64,000 nucleotides of DNA, from the NCBI RefSeq assembly GCF_037042905.1, contig NC_087251.1, positions 18,478,001-18,542,000 of the forward strand. Reading direction: 5' to 3'. Below are positions 1-11,970 of the stretch, in pieces. The first letter of the stretch is position 1; each line of letters starts with the position of its first letter. Under the pieces are notes generated by a model that was not told where the DNA came from, ran no database searches, and saw only the letters and a program-made list of their open reading frames with translations. A program made the translations under genes and the position numbers. The stretch comes from Lytechinus pictus (lineage: Eukaryota).

Positions 1-1089
1 TTCAGCCTCAAAATTTTGAGCACAATTAGTCCTAGAACCCCTTAAAACGCCAATTTACACATGCAAAAAAAAGTGTTGCTTATAATAACACATCTTGATA
101 AAAAGAATACCTTGCTTAGGCTATGTGTAAAAAAAATATTCAGAATCAGATATTTTCTTCCCCAAAACAAAGCAATCATGCGTAAAGAGCCATGGTCTCC
201 AATTTTTATTCATCAGTAACATCAAGACCTTACAGTATATGTGCAAATACATTTTCATTTAAAAGAAAATTAATGGAAAGAGGTTCAAACAAAAGGCAAT
301 AAATAAGAAACTGAAATGGGAGAAAATTCTACTTGTTTTTTGTTCATAAAACAGGTCAAAGCAATCTCATAATCTGAAATTTTCTGATACATGAAGTTGT
401 ATTAATGAAGATTTATATTCTCACCTCTCAAATAATATTCTGTTTCAATTCCATTGATAATATATTGATCAAGCAAATGTAGCAATCATATGAATAACAT
501 CATCAAGTAGTGAGAGTTAGAAGTTTAGAACAAACCTTTTTGCCATTGCAGAAAAACAGAAGTACAGAACCTCCATTCTCTGTGGTCTCCATTCTATAAA
601 AGTACTCTCTTAAAGTTCAAGATCTGGATTTCCTGAAAATAGGGCATTTGTAAATAAGCATCAGATTACCATTTTCATATCTAAATCCATCGAGAAGATT
701 CCCTTCCCCATTTTTTGCAAGGAAGGTTTATAAACAAAAATCCAATGCATGTATTCTACATTCATGAACATGTGATCTGTCACAAGGGGAAATTTTGTTT
801 GGTTGTAATTCTAATTGATTTGATTGGCCCATATGGCCTTTTATTTGCATCCAAGATAAATTCATACATTTAACATGATAAATCAATATTTGAAAAATAT
901 TATAAAGAGGCAAGGGATAAAAAAAAGCAAAATACAATTTCAGAGATAACAATTACAACAAATGAAAAGCACAACATACATGTACCGGATGCAGGGATCA
1001 GCAAAGAACAGGATGGAATTAGATGTTACAATTACAGCAAGACAATTTAGAATAAATCCCCTAACTTTTTAGCCTTTGATTCCTCATTT

Positions 1090-1384
1090 CAGTGATGGAT
1101 CCAGGGGGGCACATCAGGCCTGTGCCCCCATTTTTAGAGCCATAGTCAATATTTTTAATGTAAATATGCCATTTTTACTCAAGTGTGCACCCATCCCCCC
1201 TTGAAAGTAGCAGCATGATGGGAATATGCCGTTCAAACGAAAGTGAGGACCTTTTTATTTCTTTTTGCTTGCTCAATTACGAAATAACATTACCGGTTTA
1301 AATTTGGTGAAAACTTTTTTTTCTTGTGAAATTTTCCTCGAGAAAATGTACCCCCCCCTTTCGGAAAATCCTAGGTCTCCGCTG
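1090..1384. mobile_element. ~300-bp hAT-like MITE (CA.TGGCGGATCC family)
   Basis: Degenerate TIRs. Flanks CCTCATTT / CCTCATAT (7/8 TSD). The body matches copies at ~9255-9457, 15149-15338 and 55583-55870. Confidence 0.75.
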
Positions 1385-1818
1385 CCTCATATACATTATG
1401 TACTGTGCACATCAAATATACAAGATTATTGCAAGAGATTATTCTTTGCAATCTAGTCTGCCATTACTATCACACAATACACCCAATAATCTCAGTATAT
1501 TGCATGGTGGGTATGTGCCGTTCTGGCAGCATTGATTCACTACAATGAGCTGTAATTTTGGTGAAAAGCGGCCGCAGAGCGCTGTCTGACTATCGCCTCT
1601 GCACAAGCGCACCCGGCGCCTGTGCCGCCGGGCTAGCTGCATGCACGTATGCCTGTTCCATAGGGATGCATACGCACTCACACGCAGGCAACCCATTCCA
1701 AGGACCCCGTTTTCACAAACAATAAGCCCGCTCCACAGCCCCCGTTTTTTGTCTCGCCCGCAGCACATACCAACCACTTTTTTGGTCGAGTACCCCCCCC
1801 CCCCCCCGGGGTCTTACA

Positions 1819-1976
1819 GACAGCAGAATCCTGACATCGAGGCAGTAGCCAGACCCTCAAAAAAGGGGAAAAAGGCCTTGTTTGTTCACTCGATTTCAAA
1901 ATTGCAAACAAAACTGGCCGATCAATATACCAATGGAGCATATGCGCAAACTAGACTCGGTCAGGATTCTGCTGTC
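1819..1976. repeat. 17-bp perfect inverted repeat, probable small MITE
   Basis: GACAGCAGAATCCTGAC (1819-1835) and GTCAGGATTCTGCTGTC (1960-1976). No TSD resolved. Confidence 0.6.
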
Positions 1977-2057
1977 CGTTAGAGTATGATTTATTTTTAT
2001 TCTTCTTTAATTTTGGGTGTTTTTGGTACCCCAACCTCGAAGGTATCCATGTTATTA

Positions 2058-2213
2058 CAGGGGCCGCGGAAGTGGGGGAGCTGGGGGGCTTCAGCCCCCC
2101 CCCCCCACTTTTTTCCAAAACCATGTACAAAAACATAAAAATTACCATATGATTGTGATTTTTTGCAAGGTCAGCCCCCCCCCCCTTCTTTGAAATCCGT
2201 TCCACGGCCCCTG
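2058..2213. mobile_element. Short MITE with CAGGGGCCG termini
   Basis: CAGGGGCCGCGGAA ... TTCCACGGCCCCTG, with internal poly-C/G runs. TATTA occurs on both flanks. Confidence 0.75.
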
Positions 2214-2296
2214 TATTACCCGAGGCAGCCTACTGTATGCCTGGTTACCATCTGGGTTACTCACATCATACATGTAGACCAAAACTAAAACTGAAT

Positions 2297-3141
2297 TAGC
2301 CTTGAGGACTCCATGATGATGTTTTTTTTAATATTTTGACGTATACTTCTTCATCATGGAGCCTTGACACTCTTTCCATAGACGCTGCAGCGACACCTAC
2401 GCACCCGGATGGATTTCCCTAGAAAATAGACCTGACCCTTTATTATTTATAATCACGTATTAAATTTTAATACGTGATTATAAATAATTAGTATATTTTA
2501 CTAATTATTTATAATCACGTATTAAATTTTAGTATTTGTAAAATATTAATTTTTATCTAAAAATTGTTATTCAAAACGGCATCGCTAATCGGATGTACGT
2601 CATAACGAAGCGGTTCAAGGGTCAGGTATTTGCTTTGTTGACAAAAGGATCGAGGGATCTACACGAGATCGGTCTGGTAAGAAACGTCTAATTTTTACCA
2701 ATTTATAGTGAAATTATTTTTATCCCTTTATACGCATGATTAGGCGCATGAAGATTCATAGATAAATAAAATTCACCCCTACAAACCGATTTCACCTTTT
2801 AACTCACGCACACATATTGCGAGGTTAGTATTAGCTAAGTATACTAACCTCGCACCATGAACCGCGTTTGGCAGTTGATTTCCAACTGGTGGGTCGCACG
2901 TGCTGCGATCCCACTTCTGATGTCCACAACACACGACTTCTATTGCTTGATTTTTCTGTGCGCGGCGGTATGTAATGAACCCTGGCTTGAGTGCTTTAAC
3001 TATGGATTTCCTAGGGAAATCCATCCGGGTGTGTAGGTATCGCTGCAGCGTCTATGGAAAGAGTGTCAAGGCTCCATGATGAAGAAGTATATATATGTCA
3101 AAATATTTAAAAAAAACATCATCATGGAGTCCTCAAGGCTA
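2297..3141. mobile_element. Non-autonomous DNA transposon, ~125-bp TIRs, TAGCC termini, 8-bp TSD (hAT-like)
   Basis: TAGCCTTGAGGACTCCATGATGATG... is matched by its reverse complement ending at 3141. Perfect TSD AACTGAAT at 2289-2296 and 3142-3149. Confidence 0.92.
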
Positions 3142-3198
3142 AACTGAATAGCTTCAGGTTCAGTCTCTGTATTTTGGTTGTTCCACTGTCAGCTGAAC

Positions 3199-3272
3199 TA
3201 GCCAGGCGGCTTCTTGAGACTCTAAGCCTACGTTAGTAAATGATTTTTTCCTCTCAAGAAGCCGCCTGGCTA
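3199..3272. mobile_element. 74-bp micro-MITE, 21-bp perfect TIRs, TAGCC termini, 8-bp TSD
   Basis: TAGCCAGGCGGCTTCTTGAGA ... TCTCAAGAAGCCGCCTGGCTA. TSD AGCTGAAC at 3191-3198 and 3273-3280. Confidence 0.9.
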
Positions 3273-4400
3273 AGCTGAACTACGTCTACGTTGGCCTCTC
3301 TCATCAATACATATGATAGGAAAATGTCAGAAATTGTTAAGTAAATCCCCAGACCCCAGAAACGGCGGTTATTCCTGTTGGCCCTGTTTTCTCACATCAT
3401 CATTGGCACGTCATCATGTCATGATCATATTTCTTGAATTTGGTCTTACCCGTTTGGTTTCAATATGCGTAGGCGTAGCTTGCCTTGATTGAGTCTAAGT
3501 CTAAGAATTCAGTTCAGTTTTCCTCTACAAGCAGTTGATTTTTTTTATTCGAATGAGAAAGGGCAGGTTGGTTGGTTGAACTTCGTCAGGTTGGTTGCCT
3601 TCCACAATTCAACAACAAACAGCTTTTATGTAATGCATGCACTTCTCGTGCAGTGTGCCCATGCATGACATAGGCCTACCGTATGCATGTACAATACACA
3701 CATCATTGATTCACTGACAACACACGTAACGGAGCTAACGCTCTAGATAGTCTTATTTTCAATTATGTTTTATCAACTAATATGCAATAAAACTTAATTA
3801 TTGAAAAATTTGAAGTTTTTGAAGGAATAATAGATAACTTAATACTTAAATTATATTTTTCACAAGCAATTATTGAAATATTATTTCTTCAAACGTTTCT
3901 TATTCAACTTTAGTTACTACAAAGGGCTTTTACGCACAGACTAATCAAAATAGGGGTGTGTCAAAGGTGTGTCCTCGGCATAGAGATCTCTATGGTCCAC
4001 GGTCACTCAAGAAATGTCCATTGAGAAGGCAGCAGTTGGCATGTATCGCCTTTTCTCTCTCGGCCTTCTGAGCTGCTGACTGCAAATTCATTATCTAAAC
4101 TTTCATTTCCATTCATTTGTCAGAACTTTCATGACTTTAAAATTAAAATAAATAAAAACTCTAAACTTTCTTTAATAAAAATGATTGAAAATTTGAGGTG
4201 CCATAATAGGCCTACATAGGCCTATTCTAAGTTTACGGTCAATTGGGAGCTATTGTATTTACCTTTCAAATTAATTCCTTTCATTTAAAAATAAAGTGTG
4301 AGAGAAGACAGAATAAGTCATTTATTTATGTGACAGTAGCGTACGCAGGGTTTTTGTGGTAAGGCCGGGTGGAATATCGGTTTGTAGCTATATACCCTGG

Positions 4401-7027
4401 GCAGTGGCGTAGCTACGGGGGGGGGGCGTGGGGGGGGGGGGCACGTGCCCCCCCCCTGAGATTTGGTGTGCCCCCCCCCCCGGTGCCCCCCTGAAAAAAA
4501 TTGGCAGAGCAAAAAAAAGGGAGAAAGAAGAAAAGAAAAAAGGAAAAGAAGAAGAAAGACAGAAGAAAAAAGAAGAGGAAAATAAGAGGATGAAGATGAG
4601 TGAATGAAATAATGTGAGGGGAACAAATCTTTCATATCTTACTATATACAATTTTTGCTTGCGCTTCGCGCCAGAATTGCCTGTTCGATGAGATTCATAT
4701 CTTGCTCAATAGGCTGATATGGAGCAAGTTTTGAAGTCAATATACAAAACATATTTTAGCTCGGACATCAAGCTTTCATTATTTTTTTTCATTTACAAAT
4801 TTAAGTCTCTGTAAGATGTCCGTTTTATGGTCTACATATCAGCATTTTAAGCTCACGATGCGTGGTCACATTGTTTGATGTGCCAAGTTCATATTGTCTA
4901 CGTGTATTCCATAATGTTCCATTAAACAAATGTATTCAGAATGCCCAGATTCTAGGTCTAAATCTAAAACATGCGTGATAGCCTGCATGATCTTAAATTA
5001 TCCAGTTTCACATCAGAATATCAATAATTGTCTGCTCACGCTTCATGATCGCATTATTAATAATACCCAATTAACTATATCCTATTCATGATTTACAAAA
5101 TATGAATAGAGTGTCCCGCTTTTAGGTCTAAAATCTCAATTTTCTTCCTCTCGCGCTTCGCGCTCGCATCAATTGTTTAGTTACATACCTATCCCATTCA
5201 TTAATACAAAAAGTGCTTTAATGACCATTTTTTAGGTCGGAATGTCAAAAAAATTTAGACCTAGAACGCGTTGATACACGTTTTGAACTGATCGGAAAGG
5301 TAGGCCTACCTGCTAAAGACTGCTTGCAGTTAGCCATGAAGTCGTTACATATATCAACAATCAAATAATGCGAGCGCGAAGCACGAGCTGAAAAAAATTG
5401 ACATTTCTACATAAAGAATGGAAAACTTTAATCAATTTTTGTAAGCATGAACGGGATAGCTATATAACTAAAGAATTGATGCGAGCGCGAAGCGCGAGCG
5501 GAAAAATTATAGTTTTAGACCTAGAACGGGACACTCTATTCATGTTTTGTAAATCATGAAAAGGATGAGTAAGAGGGGATCTTCCTACATTAATAATGCG
5601 AGCGCAAAGCGCGACTAGAAAATGATTGTATACGTTTTGAACTGATCGAAATGTGCCTTTTAAGGACTGCTTGCAGTTAGCCATGAAGACGTTACATATT
5701 TCAACAATCAAATAATGCGAGCGCGAAGCGCGGGCGGAAAAATTTGAGATTTAGACCTAGAACGGGACACTCTATTCATGTTTTGTAAATCATGAAAGGA
5801 ATGAGAAAGGGGGGATCTTCCTACATTAATAATTCGAGCACAAAAGGCGAGCAGAAAATGTTTGATATTGTGATCTGAAACTGGATAACTGAATGAACAT
5901 GCGCGCGCGTGTTTCGGATTTAGACCTAGAATCTAGGCATTCTAAATACATCTTTTATCATGAAAATAAAAGCGAGCGCGAAGCGTGAGCTTAAAGTATT
6001 TAATATTCCGATCTGAAAAGGGAGGTAATTTTAGCTTTATATTTTAAACACTTTGTAGGAAAATTGTAAAGTGGATATAAATCGCACTTGGTAAAGAGCT
6101 GATATTTTTCATTATTACTTTGAGTTTGAGACATAGGACCGTGACATCCTCAGGACATGTTATCATATGAATATGACGACTTTGTATCTTCCTATTCATC
6201 TTGCTTGCTAAGCGCGAGATTAAACAAAAGGGACAATTTATTTATTAAATTGATATCTTATTTATTAATACATAATGAGGGCGCGGAGTCTGATGATATT
6301 ATGGCCTGAACGCTGTACATTTCAAGCACTTTTTTATTATGAATAGGATGCATCAGTAATCAGTTGATATATTTTTAACCATTAATGCGAGCGTAAATCG
6401 CGAGCCGAAATTTTTGATAGACTGTCATGGAAAGGGGATTTTTAAGTAATTTGTTATATAATCAATATTGAGACATTCATAAAAAGCCAATCAAAATGCA
6501 AGCATGGCAGCGCTAGCTGATACGTTTTGACAATCAGACCTGAAAAGAGATATTTTGAAAACATTATGGAATACATGAAAATAATAGGTACCTGATAAAT
6601 ACAAATTCGCGAGCGCGCAGCGCGAGCGGAAAATTTTAATATTCAGACCATAAAACTGACATTTTTACAGAGCACTTTTTAAAAATCAATTTGTAAATCA
6701 CACAAATTAATGAAAGTTCGATTTCCGAGAAGAAACATGTTTTGTATATTAACTTTCAAACTTGATATTTAAGCTCCATGTTGAACAAGATATGTGAATC
6801 ACTTAACAGGCAATGCGGGCGCAAAGCGCGAGCGAAATTTTTATATAGTGACATGAAATTTTTGTTTTCCAAGTCTTCCTCTCATCTTATCTTATTCACT
6901 CGTCTTCCTCCTCTTCTTTTTTCTCTTTTCGTTTTCTTCCTTTTTTCTTTCTTTCCCTTTTTTTCTTTTTTTGCTCCGCCAATAGTAGGGGCCCAGGCCC
7001 CTCGGGCCCCCACCTGGATCCGCCTAT
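4401..7027. mobile_element. Two oppositely oriented related non-autonomous elements (or one composite fold-back element) with internal ~115-bp repeat arrays
   Basis: Left part starts CAGTGGCGTAGCTAC, then a G-run, a purine tract and the motif GCTCGCGCTTCGCGCTCGCAT. From about 5255 the motif is inverted. The right part ends with a pyrimidine tract and CCTGGATCCGCCTATG. No matching TSD. Confidence 0.75.
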
Positions 7028-7644
7028 GAAAATACATGGGTGCAATCGTTTAAAAACATGAATTTCTTTTCATTATAACCTTGGTTTTTATTAGTTTTGT
7101 TTAACTAGGAAGGCATTTTTTTTCAAGCAATCTGCTTATGATGAAAATCTTGCAAATTGTGCATATTATAACAATGTGGTAGTAGATCATTTTAGTTTGG
7201 AATTATATTTTTAGTACAGTAGTTCTGATTCATGCAAAAAAAAAGTATATATAGGCCTAATCAGTTTTTTATGTTCGCTATGTCATGAAAAATGTATTTT
7301 ATGCATGGTATTATTGTGGAAGAAAACAGTAAATCCAATCAAATAAAAATTTATCGTCTTCAAACATGACTTTATTTCATTTCTTTCATCATTAATTTTA
7401 TTTCCTTTCTTTAAGAGATCCGGGTTGCAACACTGATTTTTAAAGCATTGTTTCACTAGATTCAAAACAATATTCACTTTCTTCAGATCATGATGATAAT
7501 CACAATTATCATTTAAACTTCCATGCATATCAAATAGTAACGACAATAGCGGTATAATAATTTTACTGCGTAACGTGGTATTCACTTCCACAGGTTGAGT
7601 TTGAAATCCCAGATGTCCGACGACTTAAGGGGCAGCATGAAGAT

Positions 7645-8775
7645 CAGTGGCGCAACTACGGGGGCATGGGGGGGCCCTTTCCCCACCAATCGGCTGGCAA
7701 AAAAGGCCCGGGAAAAAAGGCAGAAAGAAAGAAATACATAGTGGGGGAAGAAGAATTATATCATATTATATTATATCATATATATCATAATATATTACAT
7801 TACATAAGAATTTTTTTTCTTCATGACATTATGAAACAATTTGCTTCGGGCCTATTTGTTCATCACTCCTGGTGCTCGCATTATCTGTTTAATGAGATAT
7901 ATAATCCTGTTGTATACATCACAAGTCATTTTCAAGTAAATATACATCAAATATATTTTCTCGCACTTTGAGTTATTATTGAGTGACATAATATGCTTCT
8001 TTTTCATGACTACTGAAAGTGATTCCCCCTTTAAAGGTCTGAATATAAAACATTTCCAGTCCGTGCTTATGGTGTGATACGTCTGATCTTCATGAATTCC
8101 TAAAAACAGTCCTAAAAATTTCTTTTTTTTCTGGTCTGAATATCGCGCTCGCATCATTTGGTTAGTAAAATACGTATGGCCTTATAGAATTCCTACAAAA
8201 AGTCTTAGAATACACCTCTTCAGGTCTAAATTTTAAAAAATTTCAGCTCGCGCTTCGCACTCGCAATATTTGATTAGTGAGATATGTATCATGTACGTGA
8301 TTACAATGTCTAAAAAAAGTGCTTCATGATTGTGTTAAGGTGTAATTCTAACAAAATCAGCAAGCAACTGAGCGCCTTGGCTCTCGCATTATATGACTAT
8401 GGTAAGATATGTATGCTCTCCGCCATGAATTCTTAAGTCCTCAAAATGTCCCTAGTTGGGGTCAATATATACAATTTTTTTTAGCTAGCGCTTCGCACTT
8501 GCATTGTTTGTTTTGTGAGATAGGTATGCGTATCATGATTAAAAAGTTTGCTTATAATGTAATTTTTAAGGTCTGTACAATATCACAAATTTTCAGCTCG
8601 CGCTTCACGCTCGCATTAGTTGATCAGTGAGATACATATCCGTTTAATGGAACAGTCCTTTAATTGTCTCTAATAGGTCAGTATACCTGGCAATTGAGCG
8701 CGCTTCGCGCGCCCACTAAGTGACTCAAAAATTTTGCAGGTGCCCCCCAATGCCGTGACCCACGGTACGCCACTG
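7645..8775. mobile_element. hAT-like non-autonomous transposon (1131 bp)
   Basis: CAGTGGCG...CGCCACTG termini. Perfect 8-bp TSD ATGAAGAT (7637-7644, 8776-8783). Colinear with 10456-11648. Confidence 0.92.
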
Positions 8776-9254
8776 ATGAAGATATGCCGCTGCATTATGG
8801 TGCTTTTAGACAGACAACCAGCTATATTAACTTGTATGCATGTATAGTTCAGATCTGCAAAGTATTTTTTACCCTTTAAGTTCTGTTATCTGCTCTGATG
8901 AGCTTTGAGCATCTACGATGGAAAATGGGCTTTACAAATGTTTTATTACTTTATATTATGCATGCACCTGATGTTGGTACTACTTTAACACAAAGAAAGG
9001 GAAGGAAATAAGTAGGAAGAGGGAAGAGGGGAGAGGGGCAACAAGGAAAGCGAGTGCATAGGGAATAAAAAAGGATAAAAATTCATCTAGGCCTACATGA
9101 AACTAATCGGGAGCAAAAACATAAAGAAATGGGCTCAAATCTTAGGCCTTAATTACAGGGGACTGAGTCATACTTATATAATGACCCCTTAAAGCAGAGA
9201 GTCAATCGCCAATCTTGATAAAGCTGATTGTTCACAACATTGCATACATTGAGT

Positions 9255-9457
9255 CACAGCCGGCCCGTGCCCCCCCCCCCCCCTTGAGAGGCACAATTAA
9301 AAATTTTAATGTAAATATGCTGTTAAAACACAAGTGTGCCCCCCCCCCCTTTGAAAGTAAGGACCTTTTTTTTATTTGCTTGTCAAATTTTTTCGTGGAC
9401 GAAATGTACTTGATTTTTGGTTGAAAACCTTGGTGGAAAATCATGGATCCGCCCCTG
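9255..9457. mobile_element. 5'-truncated copy of the ~300-bp MITE family
   Basis: CCGGCCCGTGCCCCC...GTAAATATGC...GGATCCGCCCCTG is shared with the 1090, 15149 and 55583 copies. Confidence 0.7.
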
Positions 9458-10026
9458 CATTGAATAGTTTATTCCTTGATTACCTGACAACGAAATTAAC
9501 CATGTCGTCGGATTGTCAATCCAAAATTTTGTCAAATCAAGAACTCAATTACCAAACTCTGTCTCGCCGTGCTGCCCTCTACAGCCCGAAAGAAGGATTT
9601 GAAAGTCTATTAATAAGAAACAAAGAAAAATACAAAACAAAATAATAAGAAGGACGAGAAATATTAGAAGAGAGGGGGAATATGTTTAGAAAGATATTAA
9701 TAAAAAAATATATACACAGAAGTTGATAATAAAAACAGTACACCATCCAATTTTGTCCTTACAATGTACAATTAATTATCACATACGTTATTTACAATTA
9801 TGTAATTTCATATTTGAATTGTTAATTTTGACGAAAATTTTAGGAAATTCTATATTTAGTAGCCGTTAGGTTAGCTGGTGTGCCGTTTTCTACGAACAAT
9901 CATTTAGCACGCGCGATATTTAATTTGTATTAAAGTGTTATTCCACGAAGATGTTTAATTTTGTAGGACCTACTAATATAATAGGTGGATGGGTGACTAA
10001 TCTATATTAATATGTCATAATCGACT

Positions 10027-11759
10027 CACTGGCGTAAATCCCGGGGGGGATGGGGGGGATATATCCCCCCCACTTTTCGAGGAGGGGGGGATGGCCTGTA
10101 CAAACATCCCCCCCCCCCCACTTTTTACGAAAGAAATTTAAAAAAAAATCACAAGAGATAATTGTTTTATTGGTGAAAATTCTTCCTAAAATACCGCTTA
10201 ACAAATAAAACAATATTATTGAATCATAAAATGCAAATAAAGAGCCAGTTCACCATTTCCAAACGAAATACTTATGTCCTTATTATAACATTGAAGAGAA
10301 ATCCCCGTTTCTTCCAATTCATCAACGTTGGGGTCTTTGAGAAGGGATTAAGATGGAATGTCAATTTTTTTTCAATGTAATCTCTAATAAAACAATTAAA
10401 CCATCATGGGGTAAAAAGATAATAATATTGGAGGGGTATTTGCCATATGGACATACAGTGGCGTAACTACGGGGGGGGGGAGGGGGGCACATGCTCCCCC
10501 CCCCCCCATCGGCTGACCAAAACAAAAACGGGGAAATGGGGAAAAATAGAAAAGAGGGAGAAAGGAAGAGAAACGTAGTGGGAAAGAAGAAAATATTATT
10601 CATTATAATGTTGTATTATAATTATGTTATGTTACATTACATAATAAATATTTTTATCATAACTTCATGAAACATAATTTGCCCAGGGCCTACGTCTTCA
10701 TAGTTCCTGGTGCTCGCATTGTCTGTTCAACGAGATATATAATCCTGTTGTACTAAAACATCCCGTTTTCAAGTCAATATAAACTAAATATATTTCCTAG
10801 CACTTGAGTTATCATTGTTTTATGTAGTGACATGAGCTTCTTTTACATGATTAAAAAGGTGATTGCCCAATGTTAAGGTCTTCGTATATATAAAAACATT
10901 TCCTTCCGTGATTACGTTCGCATTAGTGGATTGGTGAGATATGTCTGCTCTTCATGAATTCTTAAAATCAGTCCTTGAAATGTCCCTTCTTCTGATCTGA
11001 ATATCAAAAAAGTTCAGCTCGCGCTTCGCGCTCGCATCATTTGGTTAATGAAATACGTATGGTCCTAGTTAATTCCTACAAAGAAACCTTAGAATGCCCC
11101 ACTTCAGGTCTTAATTATCTAAATTATCTAAATTTTCAGCTCGCGCTTCACGCTCGCAATATTTGATTAGTGAGATGCGTATGATAATCATGATTGCAAC
11201 GAGTACAAAAAGTGTTTCATGTGTTCAGATGTAATTCTAATAAAATCAGCAAGCGCTTGGCACTTGCATTAGATGACTATGGTGAGATATGCATACTCTT
11301 AATGGATTCCTAAAATATATTCCTTAAAATCTCGCTGTTTGGGGTCAAAATATACGAAAATTTCAGCTCGCGCTTCGCGCTCGCATTGTTTAGCGAGACA
11401 GGTACCTATCATGATTACACAAATTTGATTATAATGTCCCTTCTTAGGTGTGAATATAAAAAATTTAGCTCGCGCTTCGCGCTCGCATTATTTGATCAGT
11501 GAGATACATATCCGTTCAATGACATTGTCCTTAAAATGTCTCTATTAGGTCAGAATAACTAGCAACCGAGCGCGCTTCGCGCGCTCACTCAGTGATTCGA
11601 AAATTTTGCTGGTGCCCCCACAATGCCGTGACCCACGGTATGCCACTGTGGACATATCAATTACAATTCCTTGCATATCTAAAAACATGATAACAAAACA
11701 AAAAAAGCCAAAATATTTCAGTCATCCCCCCCACCCCTCAACACGGATTTACGCCAGTG
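10027..11759. mobile_element. MITE with 15-bp perfect TIRs, interrupted by a nested element
   Basis: CACTGGCGTAAATCC (10027) and GGATTTACGCCAGTG (ends 11759). Contains 10456-11648. No clean TSD. Confidence 0.8.
10456..11648. mobile_element. hAT-like non-autonomous transposon (1193 bp), same family as 7645-8775
   Basis: CAGTGGCGTA...TATGCCACTG termini. Perfect 8-bp TSD TGGACATA (10448-10455, 11649-11656). Confidence 0.92.
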
Positions 11760-11970
11760 ATTAATCGTCATCAATGGTTTGACGTCGTATGGATCACTTT
11801 CCTTTGCCGACGACGTCCTACTTACGAAAGCGACTGGCGCGTATATAATCTGGAGAGATTGAAGAGCGCCATCATAATAACTCAACAACAACAACACTCG
11901 TGAACCCACGCCATTGAACTCCACTCATCCGCTTTCCCACCTTCGTCTTTCTCATTATCCTCCCCCCCCC

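Noticed and set aside
1439..1982. Overlapping 87-113-aa GC-rich ORFs
   Set aside because: They span repeat ends (poly-C/CCCGGG terminus, 17-bp inverted repeat); no recognisable domain or splice structure.
5360..6840. Repeat-spacer array resembling CRISPR
   Set aside because: Eukaryotic context, degenerate repeats, long mutually related spacers, no cas genes, and sibling arrays lie inside TSD-flanked transposons.
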